Assembly: GCA_963843335.1 (NCBI GenBank)
Contig: CAWJKF010000019.1
Span: 15,701 to 79,700 of the forward strand
Source: an uncultured Chloroflexia bacterium
Lineage (GTDB): Bacteria > Chloroflexota > Limnocylindria > Limnocylindrales > CSP1-4
DNA: 64,000 bases
Reading direction: 5' to 3'
The position numbers were made by a program, and so were the translations under genes. Below, piece after piece: positions 9,818-21,203 of this stretch. The notes under the pieces are model-generated. The model did not search any database and had not been told where the DNA came from. It saw only the letters and a list, made by a program, of their open reading frames with translations. The first letter of the stretch is position 1. Each line of letters opens with the position of its first letter.

Positions 9818-11968
9818 GTGACCTCGGCCGTGAACTTCTTCTCGAACATGGTCGTGAGCTTGTCGTTGAACTGGCTGACCATCGGCCCGAACTGGTCGGC
9901 CCGGAGCGCGGTCGTCCTGTTCGAGCCCATGAGCCCCTGGTAGCTGTAGGTGACGTCCTGGGCCGGTGCCGTGCCGCCCGGCGCAGCGAGTGGATCGCGC
10001 CCACCGCCCGCGGTCGCGGCCTTGTCCGCATCGAGGCGCGCCTTCATCGCCGCCACCATCGCGACCATGTTCGGGTCGGGCGTACCCAGGGCCGCGACTC
10101 CTGCCGCGGGCGTGGTCATGATCCGGTTCACCTCGGTGTCGATGGTCGCCTGGAGATCGCTGACACTGGTGGTGAGGATGGGGTTGACGGTCGTGGCGAT
10201 GAGCTCTGTGGCCACCTCCCGTGACGCCGATCGTGCCGCGTTCGTGACCATCTGGTAGGCACGCGCGTACAGCTCCCGGGCATGCCCCATCTTCGGACTT
10301 GCCGCCACCCCGGGTGGCAGAGCCGCTGCCGCGGCTGCAGCGCTGGCGGCTGCCGCCTTGAGCGTGGCGACCATCTTGGTCGAGAACGCGGCCGCGGTGA
10401 CACCGGTCTCGACCGCGGATCCCGCCGCACCCCAGGTCGCGGGCAGCGCCGTCAGCTTCCCGGTCAGGCTCGACGGTGGCGCGACCGTGGGCAACCCGGG
10501 AGCCGCCGCCGCTCCCACGGTGCTCGTGGCCAGGCCGGCGGCCGGGGTCGCCTGCGCACCACCAGCGGCGGTCGTGGCCGGGATCGAGCCCTGGACGTTG
10601 ACCTTGACATCCCCGAGTCCGGTGACCGCGACGTTGGCGCTGCCTGCATCCAGGAACGCCTGCCAGTAGCGGTCCTGGATCTGCTTGGTCAGGGCTGCGG
10701 TCGAGAAGCCTGCCTCCACGCCCTCGTCGGCCCGGCTGATGTTGCTGAAGTTCGCGGTCGTCTCGAACGCCACCACGCCCGGCACGCTCGCGCCCAGCTT
10801 GGGGTCGGCGCCCGCGGTCAGCTGCGCCGTGAGCTCGTTGCGGACGTCGGCGCTCACCACGCTCTCCCGGGCCGCGGCGGCCATGCGTGCCTTGACCAGC
10901 TTGCGCTTGGCCCGCAGCGCCTGGGTGACCTCCGGCAGGGTCGCCGACAGCTGCGTGTACATCGGCTGTCGAAGTGCGGCAAGCACCATCCGTTGGACCG
11001 TCGTCCGGTCGAGGGCCGCCCGGGCGCTCGGCGCCGTATCGGGCGCGGCCTGGTGGATGAGCGCGTTCAGTTGCTCGTTGCTCTGGCTGTACTCATCGGG
11101 GATGCCCAGCAGGTGCCCGTACTCATGGGCAGCGATGACTTTGTCGTCACCGCTGTAGCCGCCCTTGTTCATGTACCAGTTGCCGGAATCGATCGGCTGT
11201 CCGGGTGACCCGGCCACGATCGACGGTGGGTGGACGATGATCCGGGCATCCTCGGGCTCCGCGGCGCCGAACACCGGGATGGACCGGAAGGTGACGGGCA
11301 ACCGTTTCCGGGTGTTGTCGGTGGTCAGGTTCCACTCCTCGCCCACGAGCGTGAGATGGCCGTTCCAGTGGGCCACGGCTCCGGTCGCGATGTCGGTCGC
11401 CCATGCCCGGCGCGGATCGGACGCCGGGTATCTCCGCTGGGTCGCCCGTGAGCTTGCCCAGCGGCGGCGTGTCCGGTGCCGCGCCCGGGGCGTTCGGGTC
11501 AGCGCTGTTCCGGGACTGGCTCAGGAATTTGATGCGGATGGAGATCGTGACACCGGAGTCGCCGCTGCGGGTCATCTCGTACGTCGACTTGCCCCCGAAC
11601 GATCCGGCGGTCGCCTTGCCCGTGGCGGGATCGTTGGTGTTGTAGAGGGTCTCGCTGCGTTTGGGAGCGATGGGCACACGCTGCGCGACCGAGCGCATCA
11701 CGCTGTTGACGGCGCGATTGCCCACGGTCCGCTGGAGCGCGAGCAGCTGCCGGCCAGAGAGCCCGTAGGGTGGGGTCGGCGGCGCCGTCGTGCCTGCCGC
11801 AGGGCGCGTCAGCACCTCGGCCATCTGGGTCGGCTCGAGGGATGCCGGCTCAGGAGCCTCGGGCACCCGCGTCCCGCCGTCCGTGCGGGCAGGTGCGGCC
11901 AGGGCTCGGGCGTGGTTGTCCGCAGCAGGACCCGGTCGAGCACCCTCGTGTGCGTGCGCGCCTGACAT
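9814..11968 (-). pseudogene. Effector-like protein: N-terminal LLALQRTVGNRAV motif, HExxH Zn-metallopeptidase motif (AAHEYGHLLGIPDEY), long Ala-rich helical C-terminal half; one frameshift near 11415-11430
   Basis: Two ORFs (11147..11977 and 9814..11376) join as ..LGKLTGDPAEIP|..DPRRAWATDIATGAVAHWNGHL. An LQRxxGNxA N-terminus followed by a metallopeptidase-like domain is the layout I associate with DUF4157-type proteins. Confidence 0.6.
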
Positions 11969-11993
11969 CCTGGGCACGGTATCAGGGGTCCTG

Positions 11994-12021
11994 CCTGCCC
12001 GGACAGGGACCTTCGGGCAGG
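11994..12021 (-). terminator. Hairpin CCTGCCCG-N12-CGGGCAGG 16 nt after the trpG stop; putative operon terminator (no U-tract)
   Basis: Perfect 8-bp stem read directly, located between trpG and the next minus-strand gene. Confidence 0.4.
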
Positions 12022-12036
12022 CGTTCGGACGTGGCG

Positions 12037-12678
<642 letters not shown>

Positions 12679-12682
<4 letters not shown>

Positions 12683-14168
12683 GACTCGCTCCCTACGCCG
12701 GCAGCGGCCGCCATCGTGGCTTCCGCCTGGGCGAGCGCCGTGAGCACCGCCCCTGCCTTCGCGGCGACCTCCGCCGACTCGCGCGCCGGGACCGAGTCGG
12801 CGACGATCCCCGCACCAGCATGCACGAAGGCGGTCCCGTCCCGAAGCACGACGCTCCGGATGGTGATGGCGATCTCCGTGTCGTCCGGCGAGAAGTAGCC
12901 GACCGCACCGCCATAGGCGCCACGCCTGGCGCCTTCCACCTCCGCGATCGCCTGCATCGCCCGCACCTTGGGTGCACCGCTGAGCGTGCCCGCCGGGAAC
13001 GTGGCGCGGACCGCATCGAACGCGTCCCGGTCGGCGCGCAGCCGTCCGCGCACCTCCGAGACGAGATGCATGACGTGGGAGTAGCGCTCCACGCCATACA
13101 GCAGCGGCCATTCGACCGTGCCCGGCTCCGCCACGCGCCCGACATCGTTGCGGGCGAGGTCGACGAGCATCGCGTGCTCGGCGAGCTCCTTCTCGTCGGC
13201 ACGCAGGTCCGCCTCCAGCTGCGCGTCGCGGACCGGGTCGTCGGATCGCGGCCGCGTCCCGGCGAGCGGCCGCGTGACGACCTCGCCATCGCGGACCCGG
13301 ACGAGCAGCTCCGGCGAGGCGCCCAGGATGGAGCTGCCGGGACCCAGGTCGAGCGCGAACAGGTAGGGCGACGGGTTGATGCGCCGGAGCGCGCGATAGA
13401 TGGTCAACGCGGGCGCCCGGTTGGGCACCGTGAACCGTCGGGCGGGCACCACCTGGAGCATCTCGCCCGCGTGGATGTCCTCGACGAGCTTGGCGACACC
13501 TGCCTCGTAGACCGGGTCGGCAGCCGGCGGGACGTGGCGGACGGCCCGCTGGCCAGCACCCGACAGGCGTGTCGGCACCTCGTCGGGGAGGGGATCGGCA
13601 AGCTGCGCAGCGACCGATGCGAGCCGCCCGTCCGCGTCGTCGTCCAGCAGCGTCGCGAGGGTCGCGGTCTGGGCGAGGTGGTCGAACGCGATGACCACCG
13701 AGGGCATGTGGAACAGCGCCTCGGGCAGGCCCACCGGGTCGGCATCGGGCACCGGCAGCCGCTCCCAGCGGGCGGCGGCGTCATAGGCGACGAAGCCGAT
13801 GCCCGCCGACAGCGGCAATGGGAATCCGGACGCCTCGGCAGCGCGGCGGCAGCACGCGCCGAAGCGCCTCCAGCGGGTCCGCCTCGGGGAAGCGCTCCAG
13901 CTCCCGGTAGTCGGCGTCCCAGACCACGGCTTCGCCCTGGTCGCACGATGAGCGTTCGGCCCCGGACGCCCACGAACGAGTAGCGGCCGTACCGCGCGCC
14001 ACCCTCGACGCTCTCGAGGATGAATGCCAGCCGGTCCTTGAGCCGCAGCGCGGCCGCGACGGGGGTGAGCGTGTCGGCGCTCAGCTCGATGACGGCGATC
14101 CTGCCGCCGCCGGGTGCCCGGTCTGCGGCCAGCGCGTCCCCGGTCCCTGGTGCCACCGGTGCGATCAC
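12679..14168 (-). pseudogene. trpE: Anthranilate synthase component I, two frameshifts (near 13960 and 13855)
   Basis: LESVEGGARYGRYSFVG | ..DADYRELE..DPLEALRR.. | GFVAYDAA...LQVVPARRF...INPSPYLF...GTRPR...[18 protein letters not shown]...[17 protein letters not shown]...[15 protein letters not shown] overlap with aroQ. Confidence 0.85.
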
Positions 14169-14611
14169 GGTGTGCCCTCCACGATGTCGATGAGTCGGTC
14201 CACAGCCTCCAGGTAGCCCTGCCAGCCCTTGCCCATCACGGTGCCGGTCACGGCAGGTTGGATGACCGACACCTGTCGCCACGCTTCGCGGATCCGGATG
14301 TCGCTGATGTGGATCTCGATGGCCGGGGTCTCCGCGGCCACCAACGCGTCGTGCAACGCATAGCTGGTGTGGGTGAACGCGCCGGGGTTGATGACCACGC
14401 CATCGTAGTCGCGCTGCTCCAGGCGGTCGATGAGCGCGCCTTCGTGGTTGGACTGGAAGGCATCCAGGGTCGAGCCGCGGGCCGTCGCCCGGTCGCGGCA
14501 CGCCTCGACGACCTGGGCCAGGGTCGTCGAGCCGTAGATCTCCGGCTGGCGCAGGCCCAGCCGTCCCAGGTTGGGGCCGTTGAGCAGCAGGATCGCATCA
14601 TGCCCGGTCAC
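14165..14611 (-). CDS. aroQ: Type II 3-dehydroquinate dehydratase
   Basis: ILLLNGPNLGRLGLRQPEIYG...FQSNHEGALID...VINPGAFTHTSYALHDA...EIHISD. Confidence 0.9.
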   Translation of the reverse strand: MTGHDAILLLNGPNLGRLGLRQPEIYGSTTLAQVVEACRDRATARGSTLDAFQSNHEGALIDRLEQRDYDGVVINPGAFTHTSYALHDALVAAETPAIEIHISDIRIREAWRQVSVIQPAVTGTVMGKGWQGYLEAVDRLIDIVEGTP

Positions 14612-16235
14612 CGCGGGCGAAGGGTGTGATCCGGTCGAGCGCGAGGTCCAGCTCCGACTCGGTCACGTCATCCACGTCGACGACGCTGCCGATGGCCATC
14701 GGCAGGATCCAGCGCTGCCGACCGCGGACCCGCTTCTTGTCCGAACCCAGGGCATCCCGGACGGCGGCCCGGTCGAAGGAGCGGGTGCAGGCGATAGCCC
14801 AGCCGGCGGAGCAGCGTCATCGATGCGCTCCGACGAGGCCCGACTCCGCGCCACGACACTCGGCGATGGCGGTGACCGCCCGCAGGCCGAGCACGACCGC
14901 CTGGCCATGTGGCAGCCGATAGCGGCTCTCGATCTCCAGAGCATGGCCAAGCGTGTGGCCCAGGTTGAGCGTCCGCCGCTCACCCGATTCGAACGGGTCC
15001 CGGTCGACGACTCCCAGCTTGAGGCGCATCGCGCGCTCGACCATCGCATAGCGTGCCGCCTCGTCGGGCGACCCGCCCGACTCGTCGCCGAGCGCGGCCT
15101 GCCCGCGGGTCTCGAGCAGCGACCACAGCCAGGGGTCGCCGATGATGGCCGACTTGAGCACCTCCGCCAGGCCGTCGAGCAGCAGCTCGCGAGGCAGCGT
15201 CCGCAGCGCCGCCACGTCGCCGATGACGGCCACGGGCGGCCAGAAGGCCCCGGCCGCATTCTTGGCCGCGGCGAGGTCGACGGCCACCTTGCCACCGATG
15301 GCCGAGTCGGACTGGGCGAGCCACGTGGTCGGCACCTGGATGAGCGGCGCACCCCGGAGGTAGAACGCCGCGGCCGTGCCGACGAGGTCGCCGGTGGTGC
15401 CGCCACCGACCGCGATCCAGGCATCGCCACGTTCCGCACGCAGCGCCGCCGCCGACTCCAGCAGCCGCTCCACGGAGCTCATCCGCTTGCCCCGCTCCCC
15501 CGCGGTGATGCGGAGCTGCCGCTCCCCCGGGAGTGCGGCCATGAGCCCGGGGAGTGCCGCGGCCGCCCGCTCGTCGGCCACGACCACGGGCGCGCCCGTG
15601 GACAGACCGGCCACGAGCGGGCCGAGCGTCGCGGCATCCAGGTCGCGGCCGTAGACGACGCGCGCCGTTCGGGGTCCCATCGGATGGTCGCGCCGGGCCT
15701 GTGCGTCGTACAGCCGCCGGGCGCCCGACCGTGGCCGGGATGCCGCGGCCAGCACCGCCGCCGCAACGGCCCGGGTGCTGCCCGCCGACTCCACCCGGTG
15801 GTCTGCTGCGGCGTAGAAGGGTTCCCGTGCCTTCCGCAGGCGCGCGAGCGCGGCGAGCGGGTCCCGCGCCACGAGCGGGCGGCGTTCGCCGGAGCGACGC
15901 ACCCGCTCTGCGAGCCGCTCGTCCGGGGCGTCGAGCCAGACGGCCGTGCCCGCCTCCCAGAGCGCCCAGCGGCTGAGCGGGTCGATGACCGCGCCACCGC
16001 CGGTGGCGATGACGGCGCCCGGGACATCCGCCGCGCGGCGCACCTCGGCCGCCTCGATCTGGCGGAACCGGGCCTCGCCGTCGCGCTCGATGATGTGCGC
16101 CGGCGAGCTGCCGGTCTCGGCCTTGATGCGCGCGTCGAGGTCGATGAACGGTCGACCGAGCGACTCGGCGACCAGGCGGCCGACGCTGCTCTTGCCGCTC
16201 GCGGACAGCCCCACGAGGACGATGGCGTCAGGCAT
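14598..16235 (-). pseudogene. Bifunctional shikimate kinase / 3-dehydroquinate synthase (AroK-AroB fusion). Two compensating frameshifts (near 14822 and 14778) create an in-frame stop at 14817
   Basis: AroK part: LVGLSASGKSSVGRLVAESLGRPFIDLD...ATGGGAV. AroB part: GGGTTGDLVG..AA.YLRGAPLIQVPTTWLAQSDSAIGGKVAVD...NLGHTLGHALE. The C-terminus resumes as ..FDRAAVRDALGSDKKRV..WILPMAIG. Confidence 0.85.
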
Positions 16236-17010
16236 CGACGCTCGCCCCCACCGCGTCCCGCAGCGCCGCCCGCATCGCGTCGATCGGCGCAGGCACGCCC
16301 AGCCACAGCTCGAGGCTCCTCCACGCCTGGCCCAGGAGCATCCCGCCGCCGCCCCGGGCGGTCGCTCCGGCGGCGCGAGCCTCACGGACGAGGCGTGTCG
16401 GGCTGGGTCGGTAGACCAGGTCGAACACGGCCAGGTCGGGCCGCAGCAGGTCCGCGGGCACGGGCGACTCGTCCGACCCGGTGCCCACGGGTGTGGCGTT
16501 GATGACCAGGTCCGCCGACGCGAGGAGCTCGGGGAGCCGGTCCCAGGAGCCATCGGCGCGGGCGACCCGGACGAGCGCGCCGTCGAGCCGGGTGACGGCG
16601 AGCTCGACCGCGCGGGACGCGCCACCGGCGCCCAGGAGCACGACCCGCCCGAGCCCGTTCGGCCGCAGCAGTCGCAGCTCGTCCATGAGCGCCGGCAGGT
16701 CCGTGTTGTGGCCGATGAGCCGTCCGTCGTCCCGGACCACGCAGTTGACGGCGTTCGCCTGCTGGGCATCGGGCGAGATGTCGTCGACGAGCTGTGCCAC
16801 CGCCGCCTTGTGGGGGATGGTCACGTTGGCACCGCCCGCGTCGGGATCCCGCAGCGCATCCAGCGCGTTCGGCAGCTCGGCCGCCGGGACGTCCCGGATC
16901 GTGTACCGGTGCGGCAGTCCCAGCGCTGCGAACGCGGCGGCCATCATCGCGGGTGATGCCGAATAGGCGATGCCCTGGCCGAGCAGCCCGAACCGGAGCG
17001 CATCGGTCAT
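16228..17010 (-). CDS. aroE: Shikimate dehydrogenase
   Basis: GQGIAYSASPAMMAAAF...NVTIPHK...NTD...LLGAGGASRAV...VINATPVG. Confidence 0.85.
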   Translation of the reverse strand: MTDALRFGLLGQGIAYSASPAMMAAAFAALGLPHRYTIRDVPAAELPNALDALRDPDAGGANVTIPHKAAVAQLVDDISPDAQQANAVNCVVRDDGRLIGHNTDLPALMDELRLLRPNGLGRVVLLGAGGASRAVELAVTRLDGALVRVARADGSWDRLPELLASADLVINATPVGTGSDESPVPADLLRPDLAVFDLVYRPSPTRLVREARAAGATARGGGGMLLGQAWRSLELWLGVPAPIDAMRAALRDAVGASVDA

Positions 17011-18289
17011 GCGTCCGTGCCGACCACGGGCGTCGCTTCGGCCGCGGCATCGTCCGGCAGCGAGGAGACGATCGGCGTTCCGTCCGTCGTCCCGGCGGTG
17101 CCACGCGGACCCTGGGACCGAAGCCGGCGACGCCGCACCGCGGCCAGGACGTCACCCATGGTGTCGCCACCGAACGTCGCCAGCAGCGCATCGGCGAGCA
17201 CGAGCGCGATCATCGCCTCGCCCACGACCGCGGCGCGCGGCAGGATGGCGACGTCGCTCCGCTCGATGTGCGCCCGTCCTGGCTGGCCGGTCGCGAGGTC
17301 GACGGAATCGAGCGGCTTGCGCAGCGTGGCCACCGGCTTGACCGCGGCGCGCACCACGATCGGCTCGCCGTTGCTCATGCCGCCCTCGACGCCCCCGGCG
17401 CGGTTGGAGCGCCGGCCCCAGGACGGTCGGCCCGGGTCGACCTCGTCGTGGACGGCGCTGCCACGACGCGCCAGCACCCCGAAGCCAAGGCCGATCTCGA
17501 CGCCCTTGACCGCCTGGATGCCCATGGTCGCGGCGGCGAGCGCGGTGTCCAGGCGGGTATCCCATTCGGCGTTCGAGCCGACGCCGATGGGCATCCCTTC
17601 GACCACGACCACGAAGCTGCCACCGATGGAGTCGCCCGCCTCGATGACCGCATCCACCTCGGCCATCATCGCCGCCTCGGCCACCGGGTCCGGGCACCGG
17701 AGCGGCGTGGGGTCGATGCGGTCGCGCTGCCACCAGCCATCCCCGATGCGGTCGAGCGGGTCGTCCCCGTCCGGGAACGCCCGGATGGGTCCCAGCTGGT
17801 CCACGAAGCTCCAGATCGTCACGCCGGACGCCGCGAGCAGCTGCCGGCAGACCGATCCCGCCGCGACCCGGGGTGCCGTGGATCGGGCCGACGCGCGTTC
17901 GAGCACCTCCCGGATATCGGGCGTGTCGTACTTGATGGCGCCCGCGAGGTCCGCGTGACCCGGCCGGGCCAGCGTGATGGGCTGGGGCCGCCTCCCTCGG
18001 GGATGGGCTCGACCGACATCCGCTCGGTCCAGCTCTTCCAGTCCAGGTTGGCGACGCTGAAGGCGAGCGGCGAGCCGAGCGTGCGCCCGAAGCGCAGACC
18101 CGCGCTCCACTCGACCCGGTCGCGCTCGATCCTCATCCGCCGGCCGCTGCCGTAGCCGTGCTGTCGACGGGCCAGGTCGCGGTCGACCTCCCTGGTCGAC
18201 ACGCGCAGCCCGGCCGGCAGGCCATCGAGGATGCCGCTCATGCCCGGGCCGTGCGACTCGCCAGCGGTGAGCAGCCGGAGCCGGTTCAT
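17007..18289 (-). pseudogene. aroC: Chorismate synthase, one frameshift (single-base deletion in a C-run) near 17990
   Basis: LTAGESHGPGMSGILDGLPAG...RRQHGYGSGRRM.. | ..RPGHADLAGAIKY...ERASARSTAPRVAAG...MSNGEPIVVRAAVKP. Confidence 0.85.
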
Positions 18290-19695
18290 CGGCTGGTGCC
18301 CACTGCCGCCGGGCCGCCGCCGGTGAGCAGCGCCAGGTCGGTCCAGAAGGTGGGGTAGGAGACCTCCGCACAGGCCGGGTCATCGATGGTCACGCCATCC
18401 GCGACCCCCGTCAGCGCTGCGATCGCGAAGGCCATCGCGATGCGATGGTCGCCGTCGGTGACGATGGTCGCCCCGGCTGGTCGTCCGCTGCGCGACGCGC
18501 CGGGCGTGACGCGCCAGCCATCGTGGAGCTCCTCGGCGTCGACGCCGATGGCCGCGAGGCCATCGACCACGAGCGCGATGCGATCCGATTCCTTGGTCCG
18601 CAGCTCCCCGGCGTCGTGGAGCTCGGATGGGCCGTCCGCAGCCGCCATGACGATGGCCAGGAGCGGCAGCTCGTCGATGAGGTCGGCGACCCGGATGCCA
18701 CCGAGGCGGATGCCGTGGATGGGCTGGCCGCCGCGGATGACCAGGTCCCCCACGGGTTCGGGACCGGTGGGGTCGCTCGCCGAGACGGTGATGTCGGCGC
18801 CCATCTCGCGCAGCACATCGATGACGGCGGTGCGGCTGGGGTTGAGGCCCACGTCGCGGATGCGCAGCTCGGCGTCCGGATGGAGCGCGGCCGCCGCCAG
18901 CCAGAACGCGGCGGACGAGATGTCGCCCGGGACATCGATATCGCGGGCCGCGAAGCCCGCCGGACCGGTGATCGTGGTCGTGAAGCCGTCGCGCGCCACG
19001 GGCACGCCCAGCCAGGCCAGCAGCCGCTCGGTGTGGTCGCGGGTCGGCCCCGGGGTCGTGATGGTCGTCCGTCCATCCGCGGCCAGCGCCGCGAGGGTGA
19101 CCGCACCCAGCACCTGGGCGCTCGCGACCGGCAGGTCGTGGTGCAGCGCCCGCAGCGGTCGCGCGCCCCGGATGGTCACCGGCGCGTGGCCGTCCACCGT
19201 CGAGACCGAGGCACCCATCTGGCGCAGCGGCACCGCGACCCGCTCCATCGGCCGGCGCGACAGCGACGCGTCGCCGGTCTGGCGTGCCGCCGCGACCCGC
19301 CCCGCGAGCGCACCCATGGAGAGGCGCATGCTCGTGCCGGCATTGCCGTGGTCAAGCAGCTCGCCGCCGACGCCCGGCAGGCAGGCCGCGATGCGGGTAC
19401 CGCCGCCGCGCACCCGGTAGCGCGTCACACCGTCATGGTCGTGCGACTCCTCGAGGATGGCGCCCAGCGTCGTGAGCACGCTCGCGGTGCTCCGGACGTC
19501 CCCGCCCGGCGCGGGGATGCGCACGTCCGCCTCGCCCTCGCCGAGGGCATCGAACAGCAGCGCACGGTGCGCGATCGACTTGTCGCCGGGCAGCCGCAGC
19601 TCCCCCCGGATACGAGCAGCCGGCTCCACCCGGCCGGAGGGGGTCGCCATGGACCCGCCCACCCGGCCGATGCCTGGGTCTCCGGCGTCGGTCAC
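18286..19695 (-). CDS. aroA: 3-phosphoshikimate 1-carboxyvinyltransferase (EPSP synthase)
   Basis: LRLPGDKSIAHRALL...LDHGNAGTSMRL...GDISSAAFW...LRTKESDRI...DHRIAMAFAIA. GTGA and ATGA overlaps with both neighbours. The alternative ATG start at 19653 is also in frame. Confidence 0.9.
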   Translation of the reverse strand: MTDAGDPGIGRVGGSMATPSGRVEPAARIRGELRLPGDKSIAHRALLFDALGEGEADVRIPAPGGDVRSTASVLTTLGAILEESHDHDGVTRYRVRGGGTRIAACLPGVGGELLDHGNAGTSMRLSMGALAGRVAAARQTGDASLSRRPMERVAVPLRQMGASVSTVDGHAPVTIRGARPLRALHHDLPVASAQVLGAVTLAALAADGRTTITTPGPTRDHTERLLAWLGVPVARDGFTTTITGPAGFAARDIDVPGDISSAAFWLAAAALHPDAELRIRDVGLNPSRTAVIDVLREMGADITVSASDPTGPEPVGDLVIRGGQPIHGIRLGGIRVADLIDELPLLAIVMAAADGPSELHDAGELRTKESDRIALVVDGLAAIGVDAEELHDGWRVTPGASRSGRPAGATIVTDGDHRIAMAFAIAALTGVADGVTIDDPACAEVSYPTFWTDLALLTGGGPAAVGTSR

Positions 19696-21046
19696 GCCAC
19701 GGAGCCTGCGGTGGGCAGCCGCTCCGCCTGTGCGGCGGCATCGGCCGCGGCCTGGCGCCGCTGCGCGGAGCGGGCGGCACGGATGATGGCCGAGTAGACC
19801 TGCTCCCGCTCGTCCGAGGTCAGGACGCTGCCTTCCGACGAGACGGCGCGCTCCATGAGGGCCCGCTCGCGACCCACGTCATGGCCATGGTCGTCACCTT
19901 CGCGGGTCTGCTGCACCGCGACGGCCAGCTGGGCCCGCTCCTCGACGAGCGCCGCGAGGCGGCGTCGACGTCATCGATGCGACCCCGCAGCCGGGCGAGG
20001 TCACCGGGCACGATGGCCTGCGCATGCGTGCTGGCGGCAGCCGGCTGGCGCAGGTACTCGAAGCGGCGCAGGTCGTCCATCAGGTCGCCGAACTCGGGGA
20101 ACGAGAGCGACTGCTCGGAGTCCGAGCGGGCACGCGGCGGGTCGGGATGGACCTCGATGATGAGGCCGTCGGCCCCCGCGGCGGCGCCGGCGACGGCCAT
20201 CGGCCGCACCAGGGAGCGGTGTCCGGTGGCGTGCGACGGGTCGACGATGACCGGCAGGTGGGTCCGCTCGCGGAGCACCGGCACGGCGGTCAGATCGAGC
20301 GTGTTCCGGGTCGACGGGTCGAAGCTCCGGATGCCCCGCTCGCACATCACCACGTTGGGATTGCCTGCCGCGAGGATGTACTCGGCGGCCATCAGCCATT
20401 CCTCGATGGTCGCGGACAGGCCACGCTTGAGCAGCACCGGCAGCCGGCTCCGGCCGACCGCCTTGAGCAGCACGAAGTTCTGCATGTTCCGGGCGCCGAC
20501 CTGGAGCATGTCGATGTAGTCCTCGAAGACGGGCACATCGGCGGGGTTGGTGACCTCGGTCACGATGGGCAGTCCGACCTCGTCCCGGACATCGGCCAGC
20601 AGCTTGAGCCCTTCGATCTCCATCCCCTGGAAGGCATACGGGGAGCTGCGCGGCTTGAAGGCGCCGCCGCGCAGGATGGTGGCGCCCTCGCGCTTGACCC
20701 AGCGGGCCGTGGCCGTGAGCTGCTCGCGCGACTCGACCGCGCAGGGACCGGCCATGACCGCGATCGGCGCGCCACCACCGATGACCACATCCCGGACCTT
20801 GACCCGCGTCCGGTCCGGGTGATGCTCGCGGCTCGCCAGCTTGTACGGCTTGGAGACGCGCATGACCTGCTCCACGCCGGGCATCGATACGACGTGCTCG
20901 ACGCGTTCCACCCCGGCGCCGACGACACCGATCACGCTGCGTTCCTCTCCGACCATGACGTAGGCCTCGAGGCCCTCCGCCTCGATGGCCTTCTTGACGT
21001 CCTCGACCAGCGCGCTGTCGACGCCGGTCCGCATCACCACGATCAT
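19692..21046 (-). pseudogene. Three-domain DAHP synthase: N-terminal ACT/ferredoxin-like domain, type I-beta catalytic core and C-terminal AroQ chorismate mutase; one frameshift near 19960
   Basis: MIVVMRTGVDSALVEDVKKAIEAEGLEAYV..VSKPYKLASREHHP (Thermotoga-type regulatory domain). Core: AGPCAVESREQ...LRGGAFKPRSSPYAFQG...DPSHATG. Then LARLRGRIDDVDAA | LAALVEERAQLAVAV...RERALMERA...IIRAARSAQ (CM-like). Confidence 0.8.
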
Positions 21047-21074
21047 CCTGCTCACCGCCCTGTGTGATCCCGGG

Positions 21075-21109
21075 AAAACAAAAACGCAGGGGCCTTGCGG
21101 CTCCTGCGT
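21075..21109 (-). terminator. Intrinsic terminator (attenuator) inside the 5' leader of the aromatic operon
   Basis: The sense strand reads ACGCAGG-A-GCC[GCAA]GGC-C-CCTGCGT followed by TTTTTGTTTT. It lies 29 nt upstream of the DAHP synthase ATG and downstream of the promoter and leader ORF. Confidence 0.7.
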
Positions 21110-21163
21110 CTGCGGGCACGACTGCCTCTGCTGCCGAGCGCTGCTCGGCGGCATCCGTACCCG

Positions 21164-21193
21164 CTAGGCGTAAAACCAGAAGTGCTGAGTCAT
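21164..21193 (-). CDS. Candidate leader peptide MTQHFWFYA (Phe-Trp-Phe-Tyr run)
   Basis: ATG ACT CAG CAC TTC TGG TTT TAC GCC TAG read directly from the reverse complement. The ATG lies 10 nt after the -10 box, so the mRNA would be leaderless or nearly so. Confidence 0.6.
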   Translation of the reverse strand: MTQHFWFYA

Positions 21194-21203
21194 CAGGGTC
21201 GGG

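Noticed and set aside
10100-10700. Ala-rich stretch in the metallopeptidase-like gene, as a possible nucleotide tandem repeat or non-coding low-complexity DNA.
   Set aside because: There is no exact nucleotide periodicity. The frame stays open with good codon bias, so I treat it as a low-complexity coding region.
14571-16502. Very long ORFs antisense to recognised genes. Examples: 14571..16502(+), 181..1278(-), 7161..8423(-), 22299..23849(+), 25321..27099(+), 56186..58327(+), 60021..61439(-), 8790..10031(-).
   Set aside because: They are typical high-GC shadow ORFs. Their translations are Arg/Pro/Gly-rich with no motifs. Each overlaps a gene on the other strand or frame that has clear family signatures and proper GC3 bias.
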